Assembly (NCBI GenBank): GCA_944388575.1
Contig: CALXJF010000003.1
Location: 12,926-76,925 of the forward strand
DNA length: 64,000 bases
Direction of reading: 5' to 3'
DNA from: an uncultured Clostridia bacterium
GTDB lineage: Bacteria; Bacillota; Clostridia; TANB77; CAG-465
Under the pieces are notes generated by a model that saw only the letters and a list, made by a program, of their open reading frames with translations, was not told the DNA's origin and did no database searches. This document shows positions 17,838-29,708 of this stretch, piece by piece (the first letter of the stretch is position 1; each line of letters opens with the position of its first letter). The position numbers were made by a program, and so were the translations under genes.

Positions 17838-19130
17838 TTAATCTTTTAATATACCAGTCTTATCCATATATATTTTTTTTGAAACAACCCTTGAATTCTT
17901 TCTTTTAAACTCTCTTTCAAAGTACTCATAATACGTTCCTGGAGCTATCAATCCAGATATTTTTAATATATCTATTCCTGATGTACCTAGTATTTCATCT
18001 GCTAATAATACACAATTAGTATTTAACACAAAAAATGTTTTAAACTTTCCACTAGTAAATTTATAAAAATTTGCTTAAGTAAAATCATATAATATACTTG
18101 CATAATCTTTAAAATTTCCCTTACCATTTAATCTACTCTTTGGATACCATACATATGTAGAACTTTTTATCTCTTTTATTTTTTCATCAATTGCTTTTTT
18201 TTGTACATCTGTTAATCTTAATCCAAATCCTACAACTGTTTTCTTTACCTGAGTATTACAAAATTCTAAATATTTATCTTTATCGCATTCAAACAATACT
18301 CCATCTCCTATAGACGAGCTTAATATTACTCTTGATTCATCATATGAACCATAAGAAATAATCTTCCCTTTATAATATAAATCAACATGTCCAAATGAGG
18401 CACTAAATCCTTTTTTCAAGTGTACTAAAACTTCAATGTCTCCTATCTCGTTTTCTTTTTCTATAATAATTTCTTTTCTATTTCTATATGGACTAAAAAC
18501 TTCATTTATTTCTTTTAATGCCCTTCTTGGAATAAAAGCTGCAACAAATATTGGTAAAGCAATTCTAACCTTCTTTTTTAACTTATTCATCTTTCTTATT
18601 GGTATCATACTTTCTATACCAGATAAAATATATGACGTAGCAAGCAAAATAAAATATATTCCAGCTAATATATACGTAACATTTTCCCTAATAAGAGGAT
18701 AAAACATCATTATTGCAAAAAAAATATATGAAACTATACTTCTAAATAATACCGAAAACCTTCCACTTATATCATTTTTTAAATATATAATAAATACTAC
18801 CATTTTTATAACAGCATCTATAAAAATATATATTGTAAATAAAAATGGAAATAATGATACAAATAATCTAGTATTAAAATATATAAAAGCACCAGACACT
18901 ATATTTGCAACTGAATATATAAAATTCAAAGTAATTATTTTATCTGTTTTAGAAACTATGTTTTTTATAGAATTTACAATTCCTATTATAATTAAAAGTA
19001 AAGAAATAGCATATGCTATAACATCTACGAAGGAATCTCTTCCTAAAATCAATAAAACTCCTAAAGCAACAAGTAAGAGACCTTGTATAACTGTAGAAGT
19101 AGAATCAACGAATCTCTCCTTTTTATTCAT
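17838..19130 (-). pseudogene. HdeD/DUF308-like membrane protein fused to a permuted-papain (His..Cys) domain, interrupted by an in-frame TAA at 18075-18077
   Basis: The 351-aa and 63-aa ORFs share one frame: ..ASILYDFT*ANFYKFTSGKFKTFFVLNTNCVLLADE... No RBS precedes the downstream GTG. The candidate catalytic Cys (NTNC) lies after the stop and the His (SFGHVDLYY) before it. Confidence 0.5.
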
Positions 19131-19229
19131 AACACAACATTCTTCTCTTTCAAAAGATTATATCATAAATATTTTTATTGTCAAATAAAGTAAACAGACC
19201 ACCTAATATTAGGTAGTCTGTTTGTTTTT

Positions 19230-21698
19230 TCAATAAATATGGAATGGTAATGTAGCTGTGTTTCCTTTTTCATCCTTTGCAATCAGAATAGTATCTCCTG
19301 GAGTTACTCCAACTACTCTTCCATTTTCCATTCTAGCTATTCCATCTATACTAAATGAAAATGTAACATTATTATATGTTCCCGCCAAAACAGAATATGG
19401 ATTAAACTCCATTCCCACTTTTAAGTTTATTGTATCTGTCACAAGAAATTCTAAAGTATCAGTAGATGGTTCAGGTGTAAAGGTAGGTGTCGGAGGATCA
19501 CTTGGAATGGGTGTTGGACTAGTACCGTTTTGGCTAACAGTAACTGTAACATATCTTTTTATATTTCCTGCTTCAACTGTAATAGTTACAGTTCCAGGTG
19601 CGTATGCATCCATCCTTCCACTAACTGTCCCTACATTTACTATACTATAATTAGATGAAGTATAATAAGCCGTGTTATTAGTAGCATTATTTGGTAATAC
19701 TGTTACATCATTTGACAGATAATAAACATCACCAACATTTAAAGAAATATTAGTATTCTTTAAATTAATATTTGTAACAGGTATTTCATTATCATCTGTT
19801 CCGGAGTATCCAACTTGTACTGTAACATATCTTTCAACGTTACCAGAATATACTTTTATTTGTGTTGTACCATAAGAAACACCAGTTATAATTCCATTAC
19901 GTGTTCCAACCTCAGCAACACTTGTATCTAAGCTTCTATACCTTAAATCTGATCTATCTGCATTATATGGGTAAATATCTATCCATTCATCTAAATCAAA
20001 AGTCCCACCCACAGAAATATTCACATAAGTTTTATTTAAGGTAATTGAAGTTATATCATAGTCGTAGTCTGGATAATAACTATTTGATGATACTGTTAAG
20101 TAAAAAATCAACTGCCGTCCATTACAAGTTATAAGTATCTGAGTAAAACCAGAACGTTTACCAGTAACTATACCATTTGTACTAACTGTAGCACGAGTAG
20201 TATCCATACTCTTATACGTAATCTTATATCCAGTATTATTATAGATATACCTCTTAAGATCAAGTGTATTTCCAACATATACTGTACCTATATTATTGGA
20301 TAACCTAAAATCAGTATAATAGTTATTATCACCTGGATAATATGAATAGCCACTCACATTAACAGTTATTCTCCTACTTGCTCCGTAAGTCACAATATAT
20401 ATATATGCTGTACCACTACCATTTGCAGTAATCTGCCCACTTAAATAATTAACAGACGCTACAGATGGATTTGAAGATGCATAATATATACCATTATACA
20501 CTGCATTAGAAGGTGAAATACTAACTAAATTAGACAACATATATGATTCACCCACACTAAGTGAAATACTACTTTCATTTAAATTAATACTTGTTGCTTT
20601 ATTCGTGCTATATTCACGTACAAATACTGGTATAAACAATGTTTCATAATCCGAAGCTCCACTTGTATACTCACATTTAAGGAATCCATTTCCCTCAGAA
20701 ATTCCTTTAACTTGGACTGTATATACTCCTGAACTTGAAGTACTACTTGTTACTTTTATATTGCTATTTACAGAAGTAATATTAAGTCTACGACTTGAGC
20801 TACACCTAACTTTTACAGTTACAGTAGAATTTGGTCGTACAGTATAATAGTAATTATCAGATGTAATAGGTGTCCTATAATTACTTGAAGTTGATGATGA
20901 ACTTGATGAATTATTTTCTTCATCATAAGAAGTCGTCACATAAAACGTTTCATTTAACGCCTTTGCAACATTTCTTGCAGATATACCATTAATATCATAT
21001 TTTTCTATCATATTAATTAAAATCTGTATAACTTCCTCTTTAGTTACAAGTCCATCAGGATCAAAGAAATTTGCACTTTTTCCATTAAGCAACTCCCTTT
21101 GATAACAATATTCAATATACTGCTCTGCCCAATGTCCTCTAATATCATCAAAATCAGATAATCCTCTTGTAACAGAAACATTTGACTTTAACTTATCATA
21201 AAATACACTTAAAATTTTTGCTGTTTCAGCTCTTGTAATATCATCTGCCATATCCATATATAGCAAACCATCTTCTGTTAGACGTCCTTCAAGAAGACCA
21301 AGTCTTACCATTATCTTAGCTTCACCTTGTGCAACATATGGTTCAAGACTTCCAGAATCTTCAAATTGATCTAAAGTATAACCATTTGAAGTTAATAATG
21401 TTTGATCTGTCGTTTTTAGATAATTTTGATACGTTCTAAGAACACCCGCAAATACATTCCATCTAGATGCAGGAACTGTTAAATCTTCATAAGATGTTAA
21501 ATCAAGTTCAGGACAAGAATTATACAACCAAGAACTTACGTTATACTCTCTATCATAACTTGTTGGAACATAGTTTATCTTTGCTCCTGAATTCCACAGC
21601 CTATTGGTCTCAGCAAATATAACAATATTACAAATTGTCATAAGCATAGAAACAATAAGTACTATAGAAAATACCTTCCGTACATTATTTTTTTTCAT
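19230..21698 (-). CDS. secreted cell-wall protein with SLH-like module and multiple Big_2 (bacterial Ig-like) repeats
   Basis: Signal peptide. SLH-like segment FDDIRGHWAEQYIEYCYQRELLNGKSANFFDPDGLVTKEE. Repeated Big_2-type segments (..YYASSNPSVASVNYLSGQITANGSGTAYIYI..). Pro/Thr linker. Confidence 0.75.
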   Translation of the reverse strand: MKKNNVRKVFSIVLIVSMLMTICNIVIFAETNRLWNSGAKINYVPTSYDREYNVSSWLYNSCPELDLTSYEDLTVPASRWNVFAGVLRTYQNYLKTTDQTLLTSNGYTLDQFEDSGSLEPYVAQGEAKIMVRLGLLEGRLTEDGLLYMDMADDITRAETAKILSVFYDKLKSNVSVTRGLSDFDDIRGHWAEQYIEYCYQRELLNGKSANFFDPDGLVTKEEVIQILINMIEKYDINGISARNVAKALNETFYVTTSYDEENNSSSSSSTSSNYRTPITSDNYYYTVRPNSTVTVKVRCSSSRRLNITSVNSNIKVTSSTSSSGVYTVQVKGISEGNGFLKCEYTSGASDYETLFIPVFVREYSTNKATSINLNESSISLSVGESYMLSNLVSISPSNAVYNGIYYASSNPSVASVNYLSGQITANGSGTAYIYIVTYGASRRITVNVSGYSYYPGDNNYYTDFRLSNNIGTVYVGNTLDLKRYIYNNTGYKITYKSMDTTRATVSTNGIVTGKRSGFTQILITCNGRQLIFYLTVSSNSYYPDYDYDITSITLNKTYVNISVGGTFDLDEWIDIYPYNADRSDLRYRSLDTSVAEVGTRNGIITGVSYGTTQIKVYSGNVERYVTVQVGYSGTDDNEIPVTNINLKNTNISLNVGDVYYLSNDVTVLPNNATNNTAYYTSSNYSIVNVGTVSGRMDAYAPGTVTITVEAGNIKRYVTVTVSQNGTSPTPIPSDPPTPTFTPEPSTDTLEFLVTDTINLKVGMEFNPYSVLAGTYNNVTFSFSIDGIARMENGRVVGVTPGDTILIAKDEKGNTATLPFHIY

Positions 21699-21842
21699 TT
21701 AAAACATCTCCTTCTATAATATTTATTATTGGATAGATATACTTTTGCATATATATTATATCACGTTATTATAGCAAAAGCAATCGTTTACATAAAAAAC
21801 ATTTACGAATAGTATAATTTAGTTATATTAATTTAAATATAC

Positions 21843-21871
21843 ATAAAAAGACCCGGAAATATTTCCGAGTC
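21843..21871 (-). terminator. rho-independent terminator after the GC-rich SLH/Big_2 gene
   Basis: Minus strand: GACTCGGAAA..TTTCCGGGTC followed by TTTTTAT. Confidence 0.65.
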
Positions 21872-21896
21872 TTCTTTCTTGTTTGTTTTTTATGAA

Positions 21897-23558
21897 TCAG
21901 TCACCTGTGTAGAACACATACGGCTCTGATTCATATACTTTTACTCCGTTTTGGTAAACACACACAACTATCGTGTCTGTGCCACCTTCAGGATACAGGC
22001 CCTGAACCGCATATTTACCCCAAGTGGCAACACGATACTGTTCCACAAGGGAATAGTCACTGTCATCATTGACAGTAACTGTACAACTACTGTCTATTCC
22101 CCTAACTATAAAGTTAAGGTTGCCAGCAGTGTTGTTATCGGCAAACTCTACCGATATGTCAAGGTCTGTTGAAACATTATTATCAACTACTTGAACAACC
22201 ACCGTAGCAGTCTGTCCGTTACAGTTAGCCGTTATAGTTGCTCTACCAACTGCAATACCCGTTGCTGTAGAACCAGCAATCGACACATAACTGTTACCAC
22301 CAGTATATGTTACTGTACCGAACGCATTCTCCAGATATCCAGATAAATCTACCGAATTACCTCTCTGGATAGTTATGGTAGCTTGAGTAAAGTACAAATC
22401 TGGACTTGGAGTCTCTACAGGTCTATTCGAACCTGAAGCTGAGATAACGATGGATACAGTATCACTTACTCCATAACTATCTCTAGCAGTTATAGTTACA
22501 GTTCCAATTCCTACAGGAGTAATTAGTCCTGTAGAATTTACACGAGCTACATTGGTATTACTCGATGTAAATGTAATGGTATTGTTCCAACCGCTCATAA
22601 TAGAACGAAGATTAAAACTATCATTCTCGTTCATATAAACGGTGTCTCTAGTAAATCTCCAGGAACTTGTACTAGTATTGTCATTATTGTCCCAGTAAAC
22701 CTCAGTAATGCGGGCAACATCTCCACTATTTACCATGTCGATGAAGTTCTGAACACTGTATCTACTAGAACGATCTATTACATTACAAAAGACCGTGAGC
22801 ATCTCTTGGTTAGTTAATGTTGAATCAGGATTGAAATAATTACTTCCTACTCCATTAACTATACCAACAGCATAAGCCTGGGCAACTTCGTTTTTAGCCC
22901 AATGATCATACATGTCATTGAATATCAATGATTGTCTCACTGTTGGTAATCCCCACCACGCATCATTTGTGCGAATACAGAGCTTTGCTGCTTCTGCTCG
23001 TGTAATGCATGAATCAAAGTCCAGATAAACCTGGCCTTCAATTTCACGCCCATCAAGGACGTTATTGTTTAAATACCCTCCGCCTGTACCGTTTAATACC
23101 GCTATCAAACGATTATACTGTGAATACTTCCAATAATCTGCAAATATCTGCGGGTTACCGGTTGTATATGAATATGAGTTATTGTTATAGCTCATCTGCA
23201 TATCATACACAGCCCGGAAGTAATCACCTCTAATGGCCGGTGCCTGTGGACTTTTAATCCACTGAAATTTAAAACGTGAGCCATACTGATTCGTGAACCA
23301 ACTATCTGGCTCATAGCCGCTAAGACTATAACTATTCCCATAGTAGTCATAATAACTACCATTATTATAATAACCATAATAACTAGTGTTATTATAATTA
23401 TCATAGTTGTAGTTGTAACTGCCGTTATAATACGATCCGTTACCAGAATAGTCTGAAACGTATCCAGATGTGGTTGTAGCCGTATCACTATACGCTGATG
23501 CTACTGTACCAATCCCTATTGCCATAACCATGGATAAAACAAATGCAAACATTTTCAT
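21897..23558 (-). CDS. secreted SLH-like + Big_2 wall protein with a Tyr/Asn/Gly/Ser-rich N-terminal region; compositionally atypical
   Basis: Start MKMFAFVL preceded by an AAAGGAGGAAGG RBS (the ORF track extends to 23603). SLH-like segment FNDMYDHWAKNEVAQAYAVGIVNGVGSNYFNPDSTLTNQE. Big_2-like segment FTSSNTNVARVNSTGLITPVGIGTVTITA. The gene is much more GC-rich than its neighbours. Confidence 0.75.
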   Translation of the reverse strand: MKMFAFVLSMVMAIGIGTVASAYSDTATTTSGYVSDYSGNGSYYNGSYNYNYDNYNNTSYYGYYNNGSYYDYYGNSYSLSGYEPDSWFTNQYGSRFKFQWIKSPQAPAIRGDYFRAVYDMQMSYNNNSYSYTTGNPQIFADYWKYSQYNRLIAVLNGTGGGYLNNNVLDGREIEGQVYLDFDSCITRAEAAKLCIRTNDAWWGLPTVRQSLIFNDMYDHWAKNEVAQAYAVGIVNGVGSNYFNPDSTLTNQEMLTVFCNVIDRSSRYSVQNFIDMVNSGDVARITEVYWDNNDNTSTSSWRFTRDTVYMNENDSFNLRSIMSGWNNTITFTSSNTNVARVNSTGLITPVGIGTVTITARDSYGVSDTVSIVISASGSNRPVETPSPDLYFTQATITIQRGNSVDLSGYLENAFGTVTYTGGNSYVSIAGSTATGIAVGRATITANCNGQTATVVVQVVDNNVSTDLDISVEFADNNTAGNLNFIVRGIDSSCTVTVNDDSDYSLVEQYRVATWGKYAVQGLYPEGGTDTIVVCVYQNGVKVYESEPYVFYTGD

Positions 23559-23888
23559 TGTCCTTCCTCCTTTATTAGTTGAAAAATTTTTGCCTACTGT
23601 CATTTTAAACTCCTCCTAAAAAAAATATTTATATATATAAACCCGTATTAATTAAGGTTATTAACACAGGGACTGATAAAGAAATATATGTTTAACTTGT
23701 TGTGAAGTAACAAACAAGATTGAAAAAATGATGAAACTTACTTTTGTAAGTAATTGTCAACTCGAGTAAGCGTTGACTAATAAACTAAATCTATAATTAT
23801 TATAGCATATTTTACATAAATAGTCAATATGTTTTTTATATATTTTATGTAATCTTTTGTAAAAAAATGTATTATAAAATGAGTATAA

Positions 23889-24476
23889 TTATTTTATACT
23901 CATTTTACTATAACCAATATATTTTTTATAACATTTTCTGCATACAGATTTATATGATTCATTTCCACCTATAAAAACTTGTTCTCCATCTGTAACAGCT
24001 TTTGAGTCAACAAAACGCATATTAACAGTTGCCTTAGCTCCACACTCACATATAGTTTTTATTTCTTCAATTTTATCTGCAATTTCCATAAGTGGACCCG
24101 AGCCCTCAAAAAAATTAAGTCTAAAATCTGATCTTAAACCATAACAAATAACAGGAATATCTAGTAAATCTACAACATCACTAAGCTCCCATACTTGCTT
24201 CCTAGTTAAAAAATTAGCTTCATCAACTAAAATACAATCTGGTCTTTCTTTTTCTTTTTTTATATATTCAAAAATATCAAATTCTTTATTTACTGCAATA
24301 GCATCTCTTTGTAGACCTACTCTTGTTGTAATTTTACCCACATCATACCTATTATCTAATGCAGAAGTAAAAATCAACACTTTTTGACCTCTTTCTTCAT
24401 AATTATATGCTACTTTCAACAAATCAATTGTTTTTCCAGACCCCATTGCTCCATATCTAAAATATAACTTAGCCAT
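23889..24476 (-). CDS. tdk: thymidine kinase
   Basis: Walker A GAMGSGKT and C-terminal Cys pairs (CECG..CRKC). 195 aa. Confidence 0.93.
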   Translation of the reverse strand: MAKLYFRYGAMGSGKTIDLLKVAYNYEERGQKVLIFTSALDNRYDVGKITTRVGLQRDAIAVNKEFDIFEYIKKEKERPDCILVDEANFLTRKQVWELSDVVDLLDIPVICYGLRSDFRLNFFEGSGPLMEIADKIEEIKTICECGAKATVNMRFVDSKAVTDGEQVFIGGNESYKSVCRKCYKKYIGYSKMSIK

Positions 24477-24670
24477 ATAATAATATCCTCCTAATAAATA
24501 TTTTTATTTCTATAAATTATATATCTATTTTTATTCACATTATATTATATATTTAACTTTTATACAATAGAAAATCTATTACATTTTTTATTTTATAGCT
24601 ATTTTATGCTATTGTTTTTAAACCAAATCTATGATATAATTAGTCAAATTATTTTTAAGGAGGTCTAACT

Positions 24671-25000
24671 ATGACGTATCTAGAAAACATATTTTTTAGT
24701 AATGATGAAAATGTTGATTATGGAGTAACTAATATAATAGAAATTAAAGATTTTTTAGAAAAAACAATATTAGATTTAAAAAACAAAAATGCCAAAAATC
24801 ACATTATATTAATTAGTTTTTTAACAACAAACTATACCATAGAAACACATGTCGTTAAATTTATTATTGGTAAACCTTCTATAAAGAATATATTAGACTC
24901 TTTTTTTAATAATAGTTATATTCCTAATAACTGTAATAATTGTCATAATATAATTAAAATAATAGCAAAAGATAAAAAAGCATATATATATGTAAGATAA
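24671..25000 (+). CDS. hypothetical protein
   Basis: AAGGAGG RBS 7 nt upstream of the ATG. 109 aa. Followed by a terminator. Confidence 0.55.
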   Translation: MTYLENIFFSNDENVDYGVTNIIEIKDFLEKTILDLKNKNAKNHIILISFLTTNYTIETHVVKFIIGKPSIKNILDSFFNNSYIPNNCNNCHNIIKIIAKDKKAYIYVR

Positions 25001-25007
25001 ATTTAGT

Positions 25008-25038
25008 CCCTCGCTACTTATTATAGCGAGGGATTTTT
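25008..25038 (+). terminator. rho-independent terminator (shared, convergent with eno)
   Basis: CCCTCGCTA..TAGCGAGGG stem followed by ATTTTT. Confidence 0.65.
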
Positions 25039-25046
25039 CAACTATA

Positions 25047-26372
<1,326 letters not shown>

Positions 26373-26451
26373 TTATTTTTCATTCATGTTATATATATTT
26401 ACTACCACTAAACAGTAGGAAATAACTTAAATCTATAATTTATTTTGTATC

Positions 26452-27303
26452 TTATTTACTTATAGCTCGTTCTATTCTTCTTTGTTCTCGTAAAGCTGCT
26501 TTTTCTTCAAGAATTTTTCTTCTTTCTTGAAATTCTTGTTCTAAAGCTCTTTCTCTTTCTTTCTTAAACAAGCTTTGTTCCATATTTTCATATTCTTTTA
26601 TTCTTTGTGCCATTTCATAATCTGCTATCGAGTATTTATCATCTTCGATATAGTATTTATACTCAGCTAAATACAATTCGTCTTGTGTTATATCTTGATC
26701 ATATTCTTCCATTATACTCTCTGCATCTGCTTTAACATTATATGCATCTATAACTATTTGACACGACTCAATCATTGTCTTTCTATACTCAATCCAATCA
26801 ATATCTAAATCCTTACCATTTCTCTTTACTATCTTATGTGACAAATTCATAAAAACAGCTACAAATCTTTTTATATCAATTTCATCTTCTAGAACTCTCG
26901 TTTTCAAATCAGAAAGTAAATCCATTAAATCATCTTTTATATTTTCTTTAGCAATGTCTATCTTTCTTTGTTCTTCTTTTTCTTGCATCCTTTTCCTTCT
27001 TCTTACTATTTCTTCCTTTTTTTCCTTATTAATCTTTTTTAAATTTTTAGCAGATGCACCACAGTTTGGACAATTTAATATATTACCATCATTATCTCTT
27101 GTTATTTTTTTATTAGTAGTCTTTTCAAAATCTTTTTCTGTTTCGTCAATAATATAACCACATTTTTCACATTTAAAGATTCCCTTTTCGTATTGAGACT
27201 TTTTTGTTTCTTCTTCTTGTTCTTTAAATTCATCTGGATGAGTTATTTGATAAGTATACCACTCAGAGTCTGTACTAAAGTCCACTCTTGTCTTTTTAGC
27301 CAT
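26452..27303 (-). CDS. hypothetical zinc-ribbon protein with highly charged coiled-coil regions
   Basis: CEKCGY..(x)..CPNCGAS, a four-Cys ribbon. Lys/Glu-rich. Inserted between gpmI and eno. Confidence 0.6.
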   Translation of the reverse strand: MAKKTRVDFSTDSEWYTYQITHPDEFKEQEEETKKSQYEKGIFKCEKCGYIIDETEKDFEKTTNKKITRDNDGNILNCPNCGASAKNLKKINKEKKEEIVRRRKRMQEKEEQRKIDIAKENIKDDLMDLLSDLKTRVLEDEIDIKRFVAVFMNLSHKIVKRNGKDLDIDWIEYRKTMIESCQIVIDAYNVKADAESIMEEYDQDITQDELYLAEYKYYIEDDKYSIADYEMAQRIKEYENMEQSLFKKERERALEQEFQERRKILEEKAALREQRRIERAISK

Positions 27304-27323
27304 AAATAATATTACTCCTTATA

Positions 27324-28871
27324 TTAAAGTTGTACTAAACTTATTCCTGTCATTTCATCTGGAATTTTTTCACCCATAAGTGTAAGCAAAGTAGGAGCTA
27401 AATCACATAACCTTCCATTAACAACACTCTTTACCCTGTTTGAAACAACAATCATTGGAACATCAAAAGTAGAATGTGAAGTTATTGGTTCACCAGTTTT
27501 TAAATCAAGCATATATTCACAATTTCCGTGATCAGCAGTAATTATAGCTTCTCCATCTAGTTCTTCTAATTTAGATACAATTTTGCCAACACAAGTATCC
27601 ACTGCTTCCACAGCTTCAATTGTTTTTTCCATATTACCAGTATGCCCTACCATATCTCCATTTGCAAAATTCATAATTATGACATCATATTTTTTGGATT
27701 CTATAGCTTCAAGTGCTTTATCTGTAATTTCATATGCGGACATTTCGGGTTTTAAGTCATAAGTTGCAACTTTAGGTGAAGGAACAAGTATTCTTGATTC
27801 ACCTTTATATGGTTCTTCTCTTCCACCATTAAAGAAAAATGTTACATGAGCATATTTTTCTGTTTCTGCAAGTCTTAATTGAGTATATCCTAAATTTGAT
27901 ATATATTCACCAAATGTATTTACTAAAATTTGTGGTTTATATGCAATTTCAACATTTTCTAAAGAGTCATCATATTGAGTCATTGTAACAAAAAATAAAT
28001 TATTTAATTTTTTGGCATCAAACTCCTTAAACTCCTTGATTGTTATCGCTTTAGTTAATTCCCTTGCTCTATCAGGTCTAAAATTAAAATATACTACACT
28101 ATCATTATCGCTTATAGTTGATATTGGATTTTGTTCATCATCGATAATTACAATAGGCTTAACAAATTCATCAAATTCTTGAGCTTCATATGATGTTTCA
28201 ACTGCTTTTTGTACAGTTTTAAATGTATTTCCTTTTCCATTTACAATAGCATCATATGCAAGTTTTATTCTTTCCCATCTATTATCTCTATCCATTGCAT
28301 AATATCTACCAGATAAAGTTGCTATCTTTCCTACTCCAATTTCTTTCATTTTATTTTCTAAAGACTTTAAATAATCTATAGCTGATGTAGGAGAAGTATC
28401 TCTACCATCAAGAATTGCATGTACATACACATTTTGTATATTATTTCTTTTAGCAAGTTCAAGCAATGCATATAAATGCTCTATATGACTATGTACACCA
28501 CCATCAGATACTAAGCCAACTAAATGTAAACTACTATTATTATTTTTTACATGTTTAACTGCCTCTTTAAAAACACTATTTTCATAAAATTTTCCATCAT
28601 GTATTTCTTTTGTTATTCTAGTTAATTCCTGATAAACAATTCTACCAGCGCCTATATTGGTATGCCCTACTTCAGAATTTCCCATTTGACCTTCAGGAAG
28701 TCCAACAGCCATACCACTAGTTTTTATATATGTATTTGGATATTTTTCAACATATTTATCAATATTAGGAGTATTAGCTTGTCTAAAAGCATTTCCCTTT
28801 TCTTCATCATTTAATCCTACTCCATCTAATATCATTAGTACGTATTGTTTATTCTTCATACTGTTTACCAT
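27324..28871 (-). CDS. gpmI: 2,3-bisphosphoglycerate-independent phosphoglycerate mutase
   Basis: iPGM pattern LMILDGVG .. GNSEVGHTNIGAGR .. TADHGN. The start may be the internal Met (MKNKQ). Confidence 0.95.
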   Translation of the reverse strand: MVNSMKNKQYVLMILDGVGLNDEEKGNAFRQANTPNIDKYVEKYPNTYIKTSGMAVGLPEGQMGNSEVGHTNIGAGRIVYQELTRITKEIHDGKFYENSVFKEAVKHVKNNNSSLHLVGLVSDGGVHSHIEHLYALLELAKRNNIQNVYVHAILDGRDTSPTSAIDYLKSLENKMKEIGVGKIATLSGRYYAMDRDNRWERIKLAYDAIVNGKGNTFKTVQKAVETSYEAQEFDEFVKPIVIIDDEQNPISTISDNDSVVYFNFRPDRARELTKAITIKEFKEFDAKKLNNLFFVTMTQYDDSLENVEIAYKPQILVNTFGEYISNLGYTQLRLAETEKYAHVTFFFNGGREEPYKGESRILVPSPKVATYDLKPEMSAYEITDKALEAIESKKYDVIIMNFANGDMVGHTGNMEKTIEAVEAVDTCVGKIVSKLEELDGEAIITADHGNCEYMLDLKTGEPITSHSTFDVPMIVVSNRVKSVVNGRLCDLAPTLLTLMGEKIPDEMTGISLVQL

Positions 28872-28913
28872 CTCTTTCTACTGATTATCAGTATTTTCAT
28901 TATAACACCTTTT

Positions 28914-29660
28914 TTAATAATTTACAATAGCTACAAAGTCATCTGTCAAAGAAGCTCCACCAACTAAAGCTCCATCTATATCTTCCATATTTAATATTTC
29001 ATTTGCATTAGATGGTTTTACACTTCCACCATATTGAATTCTTATATTTTCTGCTACTGCATTGTTATACAATTTTCTAATCTCTTCTCTTATATATTTA
29101 CACATTTCTTGAGCCTGCATAGAAGTTGCAGTAACACCTGTTCCTATAGCCCATATAGGCTCATATGCAATAACAATATTATTTTTTACATCATCTTCAG
29201 ATATATCTTTTAGTGCATTTTTTACTTGAGTTGATATAAATTCATAAAGTTCGCCTTTTTCTCTTTGTTCTAAAGTCTCACCTACACAAATAATTGGCTT
29301 AATATTTTTTTCAAGTAATTTTTTTGCTTTCTTATTAACAATTTCATCAGTCTCACAAAAATATTGTCTTCTTTCACTATGACCAATAATACAATACTTA
29401 GCATCAACGGAAAGTAACATATTTGCACTAGTTTCTCCAGTAAAAGCTCCTTTTTCTTCATAATGTACATTTTGTGCCCCAAGTTTTATATTTGTACCTT
29501 CTATTATATCAGATACTCTTTCTAAACAAATGTTATTTGGACATATAACTACATCAACTTCATCTGTATTAATTCTATCTTTAATTTCATTAACAAAATT
29601 GTCTGCCTCTGTTATTGTGTAATTCATTTTCCAATTTCCTGCTATTATTTTTTTTCTCAT
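28914..29660 (-). CDS. tpiA: triose-phosphate isomerase
   Basis: AGNWKMN, IIGHSERR and AYEPIWAIGTG motifs. Confidence 0.96.
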   Translation of the reverse strand: MRKKIIAGNWKMNYTITEADNFVNEIKDRINTDEVDVVICPNNICLERVSDIIEGTNIKLGAQNVHYEEKGAFTGETSANMLLSVDAKYCIIGHSERRQYFCETDEIVNKKAKKLLEKNIKPIICVGETLEQREKGELYEFISTQVKNALKDISEDDVKNNIVIAYEPIWAIGTGVTATSMQAQEMCKYIREEIRKLYNNAVAENIRIQYGGSVKPSNANEILNMEDIDGALVGGASLTDDFVAIVNY

Positions 29661-29708
29661 AAATCATTCCACCCTTTTTAATAATACTTATATTACTTAT
29701 TTAATTTG

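Noticed and set aside
23009-23488. 74-aa (+) and 98-aa (-) ORFs inside the GC-rich SLH/Big_2 gene
   Set aside because: They are alternative-frame or antisense ORFs within a gene that has a signal peptide, SLH and Big_2 motifs. Their translations are repetitive (I/V/T/M runs).
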